A stretch of 64,000 bases of DNA from Escherichia coli. GTDB taxonomy: Bacteria; Pseudomonadota; Gammaproteobacteria; Enterobacterales; Enterobacteriaceae. The stretch lies in NCBI RefSeq assembly GCF_003019035.1, contig NZ_CP027447.1; one strand, written 5' to 3'. Under the pieces are notes generated by a model. That model had not been told where the DNA came from. It did not search any database and was given only the letters and a program-made list of their open reading frames with translations. A program made the translations under genes and the position numbers. How positions within the stretch are numbered: position 1 is the first letter of the stretch; each line of letters opens with the position of its first letter. Below, piece by piece: positions 24,899 through 41,017 of this stretch.

Positions 24899-26548
24899 TT
24901 AGTCCATTAATAATTGTCGGGTCAGCGTTTCGATATAGTTCTCATCAAGCCCGGTGGGATAACCATCAAAGGCCAGGTGCAGATACTCATGGGTTAAATC
25001 CAGCCGATCCTGAAGCGTAAAGAAGTTACGAATAAACAGCCGTTTCTGCTGCCGATCGGTATAGGGGAAACCTGAGACTAAACGACAGACCGCAAACACG
25101 TCTGGTTCGTTGTAGCCCGTCTCGCCTTGCAATATACGCCGCCACTGCGGCATTTTTTTCGCCAGCCAGGCTTTCGCTTTGGGTAATAACTGACAGGTTG
25201 AGCGTGGCGCTCCCCAGCGGCTAAGGCTGTTATCGGGATAAGCAAACGCGAGTATCTGGTCGTAACGCTCTCCCTGCCCCGCCTGGGCCGTGGCTTGCCG
25301 CCAGGAAAGCGTCCCTTCGGTAGCGCGACTGCCGTGATAATGAACCGGATCGCCCGCATAGATAAGATCCTGCGTCCAGGCGGTCATCGTTCGCGCCCCC
25401 GTGGTAGCTGGCGAAGCAGAAACACGCTGCGTGGCGCTGCTGTCAGGGATGGTCAGGCAATCGCCTTCCCGATTGGCATTTTGCTGTAAAAAAGTGCGTA
25501 TCGCCACGGTCATGGCTTTCGCTGCCTCAGGTGGCGTACTTTTCGCCTCACGATCCAGAACTCTGGCAACGTACTCTTCACGATCGAGATGCGACTGCAA
25601 TTTCAGTTTGCCCTTTTCGGTCAGTAAGGTCGTCTCACCGTGGCTGACAAACGTAATGTGGTTACCATTGGCAAACGTCACACGATAGTGCCCATTAAGT
25701 ACGCCGGGTTTTACTGCCGTCGAACTCTTTTCCGCCGTGATTTTCTTCAGCGGATAGCGGGCAAACAGCTCCACCAGGACACATTGCCCACTGGCAACTT
25801 GCGTCGGCACTGGCAAAACCCGATTAAGCACCGTCGCATAACGGGTCAGTACCGTTTTGCTGGTGCCACTGCCAGTCACCCACAGCGGTGTACCATCGGT
25901 TAACCAGCCGGCAAAACCACCCTGACGGATTTCCTGTTTATCATCGGCAAACCAGCTCCAGGTTTTCACCCGTACCCGACTACCGAGCATGGATGCGACA
26001 CCGATTTTCGCCTCGTCCAGCACCACATCCAGTAAGACTTCCTGAGCTTTGTTTTGCGCAGGTAACGTCGCTAATGAATCAAGCAGCGATTTAACCGTTA
26101 CCGAGGTTTCTGGCTTCAGCGTAGTAAGAGACGCTAACCACGCAGGTGCCTGACGCTGTTGCCAGTATTGCCCCCACACATCTGCGCCAATATGCAACCG
26201 CTGCGGCGCAAAATAGAGCCCACAGGAACGTACCAGCGCGGTATCGCGCGTTATACTCTCCCCAGCCTGACAACAATAAACCTCTTCCGGGGAGTTTCCG
26301 CGACACTGGTAGGGCTGCTCCGGTTGATGGGTATCCTCCAGCCAGGCGTAAACATACAGTTTCCATAAACTCCCTAACGGCGTGGTGAGCGTGTCAGGTA
26401 ATGCCGAGACTTTGGTCACGCCTGATGACGACAGCTGATACAGTTGATCGTGCTGCGCGCCCCGCAGCGCCAGTTGTAACGGCGTCTCCTCCGCAAGCGT
26501 TGGCAGAGTAACCAACGCCAATAGCCAGACGATTCTGCGCCAGTTCAC
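24899..26548 (-). CDS. yfaQ: YfaQ, secreted protein of unknown function (DUF2300-type)
   Basis: 549-aa ORF with signal peptide MNWRRIVWLLALVTLPTLA; 4-bp gap to yfaP, abuts yfaS. Confidence 0.85.
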   Translation of the reverse strand: MNWRRIVWLLALVTLPTLAEETPLQLALRGAQHDQLYQLSSSGVTKVSALPDTLTTPLGSLWKLYVYAWLEDTHQPEQPYQCRGNSPEEVYCCQAGESITRDTALVRSCGLYFAPQRLHIGADVWGQYWQQRQAPAWLASLTTLKPETSVTVKSLLDSLATLPAQNKAQEVLLDVVLDEAKIGVASMLGSRVRVKTWSWFADDKQEIRQGGFAGWLTDGTPLWVTGSGTSKTVLTRYATVLNRVLPVPTQVASGQCVLVELFARYPLKKITAEKSSTAVKPGVLNGHYRVTFANGNHITFVSHGETTLLTEKGKLKLQSHLDREEYVARVLDREAKSTPPEAAKAMTVAIRTFLQQNANREGDCLTIPDSSATQRVSASPATTGARTMTAWTQDLIYAGDPVHYHGSRATEGTLSWRQATAQAGQGERYDQILAFAYPDNSLSRWGAPRSTCQLLPKAKAWLAKKMPQWRRILQGETGYNEPDVFAVCRLVSGFPYTDRQQKRLFIRNFFTLQDRLDLTHEYLHLAFDGYPTGLDENYIETLTRQLLMD

Positions 26549-33395
<6,847 letters not shown>

Positions 33396-33504
33396 TGCCA
33401 CATTCCTTGTGTAAAGCCAGCCATTTTTTACGAGCACAGCAAAACTTTACCGCGCCCTAATACGACAAAAGCCCAGACTTTGCAGCCTGGACTTTTCAAT
33501 TCAA

Positions 33505-33530
33505 ACAAGGGAGATATCTCCCTTTTGGCA
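33505..33530 (-). terminator. Putative terminator after gyrA
   Basis: Perfect palindrome AGGGAGATATCTCCCT just past the gyrA stop, with T-rich flank. Confidence 0.5.
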
Positions 33531-33543
33531 TGAAGACGTAAAA

Positions 33544-36171
33544 TTATTCTTCTTCTGGCTCGTCGTCAACGTCCACTTCCGGAGCGATTTCATCGTCCCC
33601 TTCCGCGGCACTGCCGTCGATGGTATCCAGATCTTCCTCGTCAACCGGTTCAGCAACACGTTGCAGACCCACTACGTTTTCATCTTCCGCAGTACGGATG
33701 AGGATCACACCCTGGGTGTTACGGCCCACGATGCTGATTTCTGAAACGCGAGTACGTACCAGCGTACCGGCATCGGTGATCATCATGATCTGGTCGCAGT
33801 CATCTACCTGCACTGCGCCAACCACTAAACCGTTACGTTCGGTAACCTTGATGGAAATAACCCCTTTCGTCGCACGCGACTTGGTTGGGTATTCCGCCAC
33901 TGCGGTACGTTTACCATAACCGTTCTGCGTTGCGGTGAGGATTGCGCCATCACCACGAGGTACGATCAGAGAGACGACTTTATCGCCTTCGCCTAAACGA
34001 ATACCGCGAACACCGGTGGTGTTGCAGCCCATCGCACGGACAGAAGACTCTTTAAAGCGCACCACTTTACCTTCAGCGGAGAACAGCATTACTTCATCTT
34101 CGCCACTGGTCAGGTCAACGCCGATCAGCTCATCGCCTTCAACCAGTTTGATCGCCACTTTACCGGCAGTACGCAGACGGTTGAATTCGGTGAGGACGGT
34201 TTTCTTCACAGTTCCGTTAGCGGTCGCCATGAAGACTTTCACGCCTTCTTCAAACTCGGTCACTGGCAGGATCGCAGTGATACGTTCGTCTTGCTCCAGC
34301 GGCAGCAGGTTGACGATCGGACGACCGCGCGCGCCACGAGTAGCTTCTGGCAACTGGTAGACCTTCATCGAATAGACGCGACCACGGCTGGAGAAGCACA
34401 GAATATGGTCGTGGGTATTCGCCACCAGCAGTCGGTCGATAAAGTCTTCTTCTTTAATACGTGCGGCAGATTTACCTTTACCGCCACGACGCTGCGCTTC
34501 GTATTCAGAAAGCGGCTGATACTTCACGTAGCCCTGGTGAGAGAGCGTCACGACCACATCTTCCTGGGTGATCAGATCTTCCAGGTTGATGTCTGCGCTG
34601 TTGGCGGTGATTTCAGTACGACGTTTGTCACCGAACTGTTCACGAACCAGCTCCAGCTCTTCGCGGATCACTTCCATCAGACGATCGGCGCTACCAAGAA
34701 TACGCAACAGTTCCGCGATCTGATCCAGCAGCTCTTTGTATTCGTCGAGCAGTTTTTCGTGCTCAAGGCCGGTCAGTTTCTGCAGACGCAGATCCAGAAT
34801 CGCCTGAGCTTGCTGTTCGGTCAGGTAGTACAGACCATCGCGCACGCCGAACTCTGGCTCCAGCCATTCCGGACGCGCAGCATCGTCGCCAGCACGTTCC
34901 AGCATCGCGGCAACGTTGCCCAGCTGCCACGGATTAGCAACCAGCGCGGTTTTCGCTTCTGCAGGCGTCGGCGCATGACGGATCAGTTCGATGATCGGGT
35001 CAATGTTCGCCAGCGCCACGGCTAATGCTTCAAGGATATGAGCACGATCGCGAGCTTTACGCAGTTCGAAAATAGTACGACGGGTCACCACTTCACGGCG
35101 GTGACGAACAAACGCCGCGATGATGTCTTTCAGGTTCATGATCTTCGGCTGACCATGGTGCAATGCCACCATGTTAATACCGAAAGAAACCTGCAACTGG
35201 GTCTGGGAGTAGAGGTTGTTGAGCACCACTTCACCGACCGCATCGCGTTTCACTTCAATCACGATGCGCATACCGTCTTTGTCAGACTCGTCACGCAGCG
35301 CGCTGATACCTTCCACGCGTTTTTCTTTTACCAGTTCCGCAATCTTCTCGATCAGGCGCGCTTTGTTCACCTGATACGGAATTTCATGGACGATAATGGT
35401 TTCACGTCCGGTTTTGGCGTCAACTTCCACTTCAGCACGGGCGCGGATATATACCTTGCCGCGACCGGTACGGTAAGCTTCTTCAATACCGCGACGACCA
35501 TTAATGATTGCCGCCGTCGGGAAGTCCGGCCCAGGAATGTGTTCCATCAGCCCTTCAATGCTGATGTCTTCATCATCGATATACGCCAGACAACCGTTGA
35601 TAACTTCCGTCAGGTTGTGCGGCGGGATGTTGGTTGCCATACCTACGGCGATACCGGAGGAACCGTTCACCAGCAGGTTAGGAATTTTGGTTGGCATGAC
35701 GTCCGGAATTTTTTCCGTGCCGTCATAGTTATCAACGAAATCGACCGTCTCTTTTTCGAGATCGGCCATCAGTTCATGGGCAATTTTCGCCAGACGGATT
35801 TCCGTATAACGCATTGCCGCCGCAGAGTCGCCGTCGATGGAACCGAAGTTACCCTGACCGTCTACCAGCATGTAACGCAGCGAGAATGGCTGCGCCATAC
35901 GGACGATCGTGTCATAAACCGCCGAGTCACCATGGGGATGGTATTTACCGATTACGTCACCAACGACACGGGCAGATTTTTTATAGGCTTTGTTCCAGTC
36001 ATTGCCTAGTACGTTCATGGCGTAAAGTACGCGACGGTGTACCGGCTTCAGGCCATCTCGGACATCCGGCAGCGCACGGCCAACAATGACCGACATCGCA
36101 TAATCCAGATAGGAGCTCTTCAGCTCTTCCTCAATGTTGACCGGTGTAATTTCTCTCGCAAGGTCGCTCAT
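33544..36171 (-). CDS. gyrA: DNA gyrase subunit A
   Basis: 875-aa [50 protein letters not shown]...; QRDR reads [10 protein letters not shown] (Ser83 = TCG at 35925..35923, Asp87 = GAC at 35913..35911). Confidence 0.97.
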   Translation of the reverse strand: MSDLAREITPVNIEEELKSSYLDYAMSVIVGRALPDVRDGLKPVHRRVLYAMNVLGNDWNKAYKKSARVVGDVIGKYHPHGDSAVYDTIVRMAQPFSLRYMLVDGQGNFGSIDGDSAAAMRYTEIRLAKIAHELMADLEKETVDFVDNYDGTEKIPDVMPTKIPNLLVNGSSGIAVGMATNIPPHNLTEVINGCLAYIDDEDISIEGLMEHIPGPDFPTAAIINGRRGIEEAYRTGRGKVYIRARAEVEVDAKTGRETIIVHEIPYQVNKARLIEKIAELVKEKRVEGISALRDESDKDGMRIVIEVKRDAVGEVVLNNLYSQTQLQVSFGINMVALHHGQPKIMNLKDIIAAFVRHRREVVTRRTIFELRKARDRAHILEALAVALANIDPIIELIRHAPTPAEAKTALVANPWQLGNVAAMLERAGDDAARPEWLEPEFGVRDGLYYLTEQQAQAILDLRLQKLTGLEHEKLLDEYKELLDQIAELLRILGSADRLMEVIREELELVREQFGDKRRTEITANSADINLEDLITQEDVVVTLSHQGYVKYQPLSEYEAQRRGGKGKSAARIKEEDFIDRLLVANTHDHILCFSSRGRVYSMKVYQLPEATRGARGRPIVNLLPLEQDERITAILPVTEFEEGVKVFMATANGTVKKTVLTEFNRLRTAGKVAIKLVEGDELIGVDLTSGEDEVMLFSAEGKVVRFKESSVRAMGCNTTGVRGIRLGEGDKVVSLIVPRGDGAILTATQNGYGKRTAVAEYPTKSRATKGVISIKVTERNGLVVGAVQVDDCDQIMMITDAGTLVRTRVSEISIVGRNTQGVILIRTAEDENVVGLQRVAEPVDEEDLDTIDGSAAEGDDEIAPEVDVDDEPEEE

Positions 36172-36215
36172 CTAACCGCTATCCCTCTACTGTATCCCGG
36201 ATTCAAAGGTCGGAG

Positions 36216-36221
36216 ATTATA
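36216..36221 (-). promoter_or_regulatory. Candidate gyrA -10 hexamer (TATAAT)
   Basis: Minus strand reads TATAAT about 45 bp upstream of the gyrA ATG; no mapped transcription start. Confidence 0.4.
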
Positions 36222-36429
36222 ACACAATCGCTTGCGGACGGGTAAACGTAATGCAGGCTTCCGGGCGCTGTAGATCTACTGCGTTTTACCCCACCGCCAG
36301 CACACATCGCGCTGGCGGTGAACGACAAAGGAACAAAGACCGCAACACGCTTCCTGTGCCTCAATAAACACCAGAAATAATGGCTATACTCGTCATACTT
36401 CAAGTTGCATGTGCTGCGTCTGCGGGTTA

Positions 36430-36598
36430 TTCGGCCCATCCATGGGCCTCACCCCTTACGGGGCCGCTGCAAGCAGCGTTCAAATCCGCTCCATGCGGAT
36501 TTGTCGCTCACCCCAGTCACTTACTTATGTAAGCTCCTTGGGATTCACTCGCTTGTCGCCTTCCTGCAACTCGAATTATTTAGAGTATATAAATCGCC
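36430..36598. repeat. ERIC-like (enterobacterial repetitive intergenic consensus) element
   Basis: Core at 36505..36548 is the reverse complement of GTGAATCCCaAGGAGCTTACATAAGTAAGTGACTGGGGTGAGCG, the conserved ERIC central inverted repeat; outer boundaries approximate. Confidence 0.7.
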
Positions 36599-36599
36599 G

Positions 36600-37802
36600 T
36601 TATTTGATCACATAGGCAAGATATTGTTGTACGATTTCATCGTTTAATTCCTGACCAAGCCCAGGCAACTCTGGCGCGACATAATAGCCATTCTCGGGTT
36701 GATAATCGTAAGTACAAAGTTCCCGAATACATGCTTTCATCGCATTGGTATGATGTTCATGAATAATAAAGTTAGGTATTGCAGTTTCCATATGCAGCGC
36801 CGCTACTGTTGAAACAGGCCCGCCACAAACATGTACCTGAACGGTTGTGTCATATATATTGGCATAATCACAAATTTTCTTTCCCTCTGTAATGCCACCA
36901 CAAAGACACAAATCAGGTTGAGCTACCGCAATTGATTGTTTTTCCAGTAAATCACGATATCCCCAGCGAGTATAAGAACGCTCACCTGTTGCTATCGGAA
37001 TCGATGTTGAACGGGCAACTTTCTGCATATTATCCGAATTTAATGGATGAATTGGCTCCTCATAGAGAAAAATACGATATTTCTCTATTGCTTTGGCAAA
37101 CTGGATCGCTGAATTTGTTCCTAGAAGAGAATGAATCTCTACAATAATATCAGCATCGTCGCCCATTGCTTCACGCATAGCGGCAATTCTTGTCTCGCCC
37201 ATTTTTAATTGTTCGGCCAGTAATAAGCCAGAGTAATTTCTATTTTTGTTCTGAAAGACACAATCGCCGCCATGCAGATCGATTTCAAGCGGATCAACTT
37301 TTATCGCATTATAACCTTCTGCAATAGCGGCACGCGCTGCCTCTGCATACTCTTCAGGCGTTACTAATATTTGCCTTTTTTCGCCCCAACCAAATTGTAA
37401 CTGACTGGCGTAAGTTCTCAATTTATCGTTAGTCTTTCCCCCCAGTAGTTGATAAACCGGCACGTTTAAATATTTACCTTTAATATCCCATAAGGCAATA
37501 TCAATAGCGCTCATACCTGCGTAAAAAACATTACCACCGCCCATTCCCCAAAATGTTTTCCTGAAGAGGAATTCCCAAATCTTCTCAATGTTCAACGGAT
37601 CTTCACCAATGATGAGAGGGGCTAAATCTCTGATAATACCAACACCAGATTTTGCACCTGCGCCATAGGCTAATCCTACTTCGCCAACACCACTTATTCC
37701 AGCATCGGTATTAACCCGAATAAGTACTGGATTATAAGAGGCCATAGTTTGATCTCTTTTTTTGAGTTCGCAGTCAAAAATTTCTACAGATGTAATCTTC
37801 AT
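36600..37802 (-). CDS. Enolase-superfamily dehydratase (mandelate racemase / galactonate dehydratase-like); substrate unknown
   Basis: 400 aa from the ATG at 37802 (GAGG Shine-Dalgarno 7 nt upstream; ORF track starts at 37814). Motifs ALWDIKGK, QLLGG, EEP, ATGER, QPDL, GGITE shared with DgoD/RhmD-type enzymes. Confidence 0.8.
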   Translation of the reverse strand: MKITSVEIFDCELKKRDQTMASYNPVLIRVNTDAGISGVGEVGLAYGAGAKSGVGIIRDLAPLIIGEDPLNIEKIWEFLFRKTFWGMGGGNVFYAGMSAIDIALWDIKGKYLNVPVYQLLGGKTNDKLRTYASQLQFGWGEKRQILVTPEEYAEAARAAIAEGYNAIKVDPLEIDLHGGDCVFQNKNRNYSGLLLAEQLKMGETRIAAMREAMGDDADIIVEIHSLLGTNSAIQFAKAIEKYRIFLYEEPIHPLNSDNMQKVARSTSIPIATGERSYTRWGYRDLLEKQSIAVAQPDLCLCGGITEGKKICDYANIYDTTVQVHVCGGPVSTVAALHMETAIPNFIIHEHHTNAMKACIRELCTYDYQPENGYYVAPELPGLGQELNDEIVQQYLAYVIK

Positions 37803-37814
37803 AAATAACCTCAT

Positions 37815-39143
37815 TTATTTAGCATGTGAAATAACATTGTCTTTCTGGGCGTTATCTTTTTTATTATCAATTTTCATTGATAACAAAATAGCTACGGCGA
37901 TAAAGCAAAGAATCGCCTCAACAATAAATATCCCCGTGGCTCCATAATGTGTAGAAACATAGCCAAGTGATTTATTGATCAGAAAACCACCCAAACTTGA
38001 ACAAGAGTTAATAAACGCAATACTGATTGCCAGGCCTGATGGTGAAAGTAAAGCTGAGGGTAAAGCCCAGTACGGACCGTAATAACTGAGAATGCCTACA
38101 CCGTATAATGTTAATCCCATCATGCGCAGCGTCATCGAAGGTACAAGTGCGATCATTAAAAAACCGCAACCTGCAACCAACATCGGTAGTGCGGCATGCC
38201 ATTTCCTTTCATTCTTTTTATCGGAATGCCATCCCCATAATGGCATACTGAACATCGCGAAAATAAACGGAATACTCATAATCAAACCGACATCGGTATC
38301 TGTGAAATCCGATGAAAATCCTTTAACCAACCCCGGTAACCAGTAATTTGCCGCCAACGCCGCTGCCTGAATAAACATATAAGCAAATGAGAGTTGTAGT
38401 AATACTGGATTTTTAATGATTGACAGAAAAGATGCATTTGTATTTTTATTTAATGCTGCGGCTTTTTCGTTATCAGAATTAAGTTTATCGACCAATGCGG
38501 TGACTTGCGATGGTGTAAGCCAGCGGGCTTTTTCCGGACGATCTGGCAGTAAATAAAAGGTCAGCGCCCCCAATAACACCGTAGGAATGCCTTCAATAGC
38601 AAAAAGCCAGCGCCATCCTTCATAGTTACCGGTATTCATATGTTCAATAATCCAACCAGACATTGGTGCCGCCAGCACAGATGCAACTGCGATTGATAAC
38701 ATAAAAAAGCTATTCACTTTTCCACGTTCACGCGCCGGGAACCAACATGCCAGGTAGTAAACCATGCCAGGGAAAAAACCCGCTTCAAATATTCCCAAAA
38801 AGACCCGAGCGAGCAATATATGCTGGGTGTCTTTGGCAAAGAAAATTAACGTTGTTACTGTTCCCCAACCAACAATAATGGCGCTAATCCATTTTCTTGC
38901 ACCTAACTTTTGCAATCCAATACTGCTCGGAATTTGAAAAATCAAATAGGACACAAAAAATATTGAAGATATATTAGCAAAATCCTCTGGAGTAATACCA
39001 AGGGATTCATTCATGCGTAAAGCGGCAAATCCGATGTTAACACGATCCATATAGTTAAAAAAATACAGAATAAATGCTAACGGAATAATCTTCCTTTTCA
39101 CAATAGAAATGGCGTCATACAAATCTTTCTGAGGACTGCTCAT
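37815..39143 (-). CDS. MFS transporter, anion:cation symporter family (sugar-acid type)
   Basis: 442-aa polytopic ORF; conserved DRxNIGFA and GIFEAGFFPG motifs as in RhmT/DgoT-type transporters; AAGGTG Shine-Dalgarno; 12-bp gap to the dehydratase gene. Confidence 0.8.
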   Translation of the reverse strand: MSSPQKDLYDAISIVKRKIIPLAFILYFFNYMDRVNIGFAALRMNESLGITPEDFANISSIFFVSYLIFQIPSSIGLQKLGARKWISAIIVGWGTVTTLIFFAKDTQHILLARVFLGIFEAGFFPGMVYYLACWFPARERGKVNSFFMLSIAVASVLAAPMSGWIIEHMNTGNYEGWRWLFAIEGIPTVLLGALTFYLLPDRPEKARWLTPSQVTALVDKLNSDNEKAAALNKNTNASFLSIIKNPVLLQLSFAYMFIQAAALAANYWLPGLVKGFSSDFTDTDVGLIMSIPFIFAMFSMPLWGWHSDKKNERKWHAALPMLVAGCGFLMIALVPSMTLRMMGLTLYGVGILSYYGPYWALPSALLSPSGLAISIAFINSCSSLGGFLINKSLGYVSTHYGATGIFIVEAILCFIAVAILLSMKIDNKKDNAQKDNVISHAK

Positions 39144-39380
39144 TTTGTTTCACCTTTTGTGCTTCAATGAATAAGAGTACTGCCCGAAGTGGATATTACG
39201 TAAAAAATAATCCAGTTCAAAAGGTGATGTGTTATATCTGATATATCAGCTTGATCATTGATTGAAACACTAAGCTACAACAATAAGATATATCATTTTT
39301 GTCATATCTGATATATTAGACACCTTCATTGATAAAATGATTACATATAATGGACCAGCAGCTTAATAAGGGGCAAAGGA

Positions 39381-40079
39381 ATGAGAGATAAAGCGAAACG
39401 TGACTTAAGTCACATATCAATTGAGATACCAAAATCCGTAACACAGGTCATCAAAGAAAAAATCAGGGATATGATAATTCATGGCGATCTCAGTCTTGGG
39501 CAACCGATAAGTGAAAATGAACTTTCGAATATCCTGGCGGTAAGTAAAACACCTATTCGTGAAGCTTTTATTTTACTTAGTCACAATGAAAATCTGATCA
39601 ATATCATTCCACGCAGCGGAACATTCGTTTTTTCCGTAACAGATAAAGATATTAATGACCTCATAAAAATGCGAGTAATTCTGGAGCAGGGTGCAATTCG
39701 TGAAGCAATGGAAAAGAATGAAAACAATGTCATCATTGAATTAAGTAGCATACTATCAAAATCAGCAAAAATTAATGCCGAGCGTGATACTCAGGCTTAT
39801 CTTAAATTGGATCATGATTTTCATTATGTGTTTGTTAAATACGCTGCTAATAAATACATCTCTCAGGCACACCAATTGATATCCGCACGTTTACTTGCTA
39901 TTCGTTATCGACTGGATTTCACTACGGAATATATTACCAATTCAAATCGTGGCCATGCCACTATTTTAGATATGCTAAAAAATAATAACGTTGAAGGTGT
40001 TTGTAATTTTATTACTCATCACGTAAGTAGTGGATTTACCGAGCGTGCACGAAAAATTCTCTCGTTATCTACACAGTAA
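39381..40079 (+). CDS. GntR-family transcriptional regulator (FadR/FCD-type C-terminal domain)
   Basis: 232-aa ORF; N-terminal winged HTH (ENELSNILAVSKTPIREAF); divergent from the MFS-dehydratase pair; AAGGGG Shine-Dalgarno 7 nt upstream. Confidence 0.8.
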   Translation: MRDKAKRDLSHISIEIPKSVTQVIKEKIRDMIIHGDLSLGQPISENELSNILAVSKTPIREAFILLSHNENLINIIPRSGTFVFSVTDKDINDLIKMRVILEQGAIREAMEKNENNVIIELSSILSKSAKINAERDTQAYLKLDHDFHYVFVKYAANKYISQAHQLISARLLAIRYRLDFTTEYITNSNRGHATILDMLKNNNVEGVCNFITHHVSSGFTERARKILSLSTQ

Positions 40080-40156
40080 AATGTGAATGAGTTTATAACA
40101 CTGGCACTTTTCACCTGCTATACTGCCCGACAACCTTTATAGACTCTTATGTAACA

Positions 40157-40879
40157 ATGAACACTGAAAATCTCCTTAAAAACAATAACGTAGACCACGA
40201 AGAGATCGCTAAATTTGAAGCCGTCGCCTCCCGCTGGTGGGATCTTGAAGGTGAGTTCAAACCGCTGCACCGCATTAACCCGCTGCGTCTGGGCTATATT
40301 GCCGAGCGTGCTGGCGGTTTATTTGGCAAAAAGGTGCTCGATGTCGGTTGTGGCGGCGGCATTCTGGCCGAGAGTATGGCGCGCGAAGGCGCGACGGTGA
40401 CCGGTCTGGATATGGGCTTTGAGCCATTGCAGGTGGCAAAGTTGCACGCGCTGGAAAGTGGCATTCAGGTAGAGTACGTGCAGGAAACCGTGGAAGAGCA
40501 CGCGGCAAAACATGCCGGGCAGTATGACGTGGTGACCTGCATGGAGATGCTGGAGCACGTGCCCGATCCGCAGTCAGTGGTCAGAGCCTGTGCGCAACTG
40601 GTGAAACCGGGCGGCGATGTCTTTTTCTCGACGCTTAACCGCAACGGCAAGTCATGGCTGATGGCGGTAGTCGGCGCAGAATATATTTTGCGCATGGTGC
40701 CTAAAGGTACACATGATGTGAAGAAGTTTATTAAACCGGCAGAATTGCTGGGCTGGGTGGATCAGACAAGCCTTAAAGAGCGGCATATGACTGGGCTGCA
40801 TTACAACCCGATCACTAATTCCTTTAAGCTCGGCCCCGGCGTGGATGTGAACTATATGCTGCATACGCAGAATAAGTGA
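40157..40879 (+). CDS. ubiG: UbiG, ubiquinone biosynthesis O-methyltransferase
   Basis: 240-aa ORF with SAM-binding [13 protein letters not shown] motif; N-terminus [16 protein letters not shown] differs from the recalled K-12 N-terminus, the rest is near-identical. Confidence 0.93.
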   Translation: MNTENLLKNNNVDHEEIAKFEAVASRWWDLEGEFKPLHRINPLRLGYIAERAGGLFGKKVLDVGCGGGILAESMAREGATVTGLDMGFEPLQVAKLHALESGIQVEYVQETVEEHAAKHAGQYDVVTCMEMLEHVPDPQSVVRACAQLVKPGGDVFFSTLNRNGKSWLMAVVGAEYILRMVPKGTHDVKKFIKPAELLGWVDQTSLKERHMTGLHYNPITNSFKLGPGVDVNYMLHTQNK

Positions 40880-40884
40880 GGTTG

Positions 40885-41015
40885 TTGTTTGGATTCAGCC
40901 GACGACCGAGCCAAGCCTGATGCGACGCTTGCCGCGTCTTATCAGGCCTACAAATGCTCCCGTAGGCCAGATAAGGCGTTTACGCCGCATCCGGCAACAG
41001 TGCCGGTCAGACAGC
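40885..41015. repeat. REP/BIME palindromic units between convergent ubiG and yfaL
   Basis: gcctgatgcgacgcttgccgcgtcttatcaggcctacaa... / ggccagataaggcgtttacgccgcatccggc palindromes; spurious ORFs 40889..41236 and 40920..41114 lie in it. Confidence 0.7.
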
Positions 41016-41017
41016 GA

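Noticed and set aside
35038-36009. 323-aa ORF on the plus strand (and 34291..35025, 244 aa)
   Set aside because: Antisense to gyrA; translation is His/Phe/Val-rich with no recognisable domain.
36172-40156. Possible prophage remnant or integrative element
   Set aside because: No integrase, transposase, tRNA attachment site or phage structural genes; content is purely metabolic and regulatory, so it is called an islet of unknown mobilisation mechanism.
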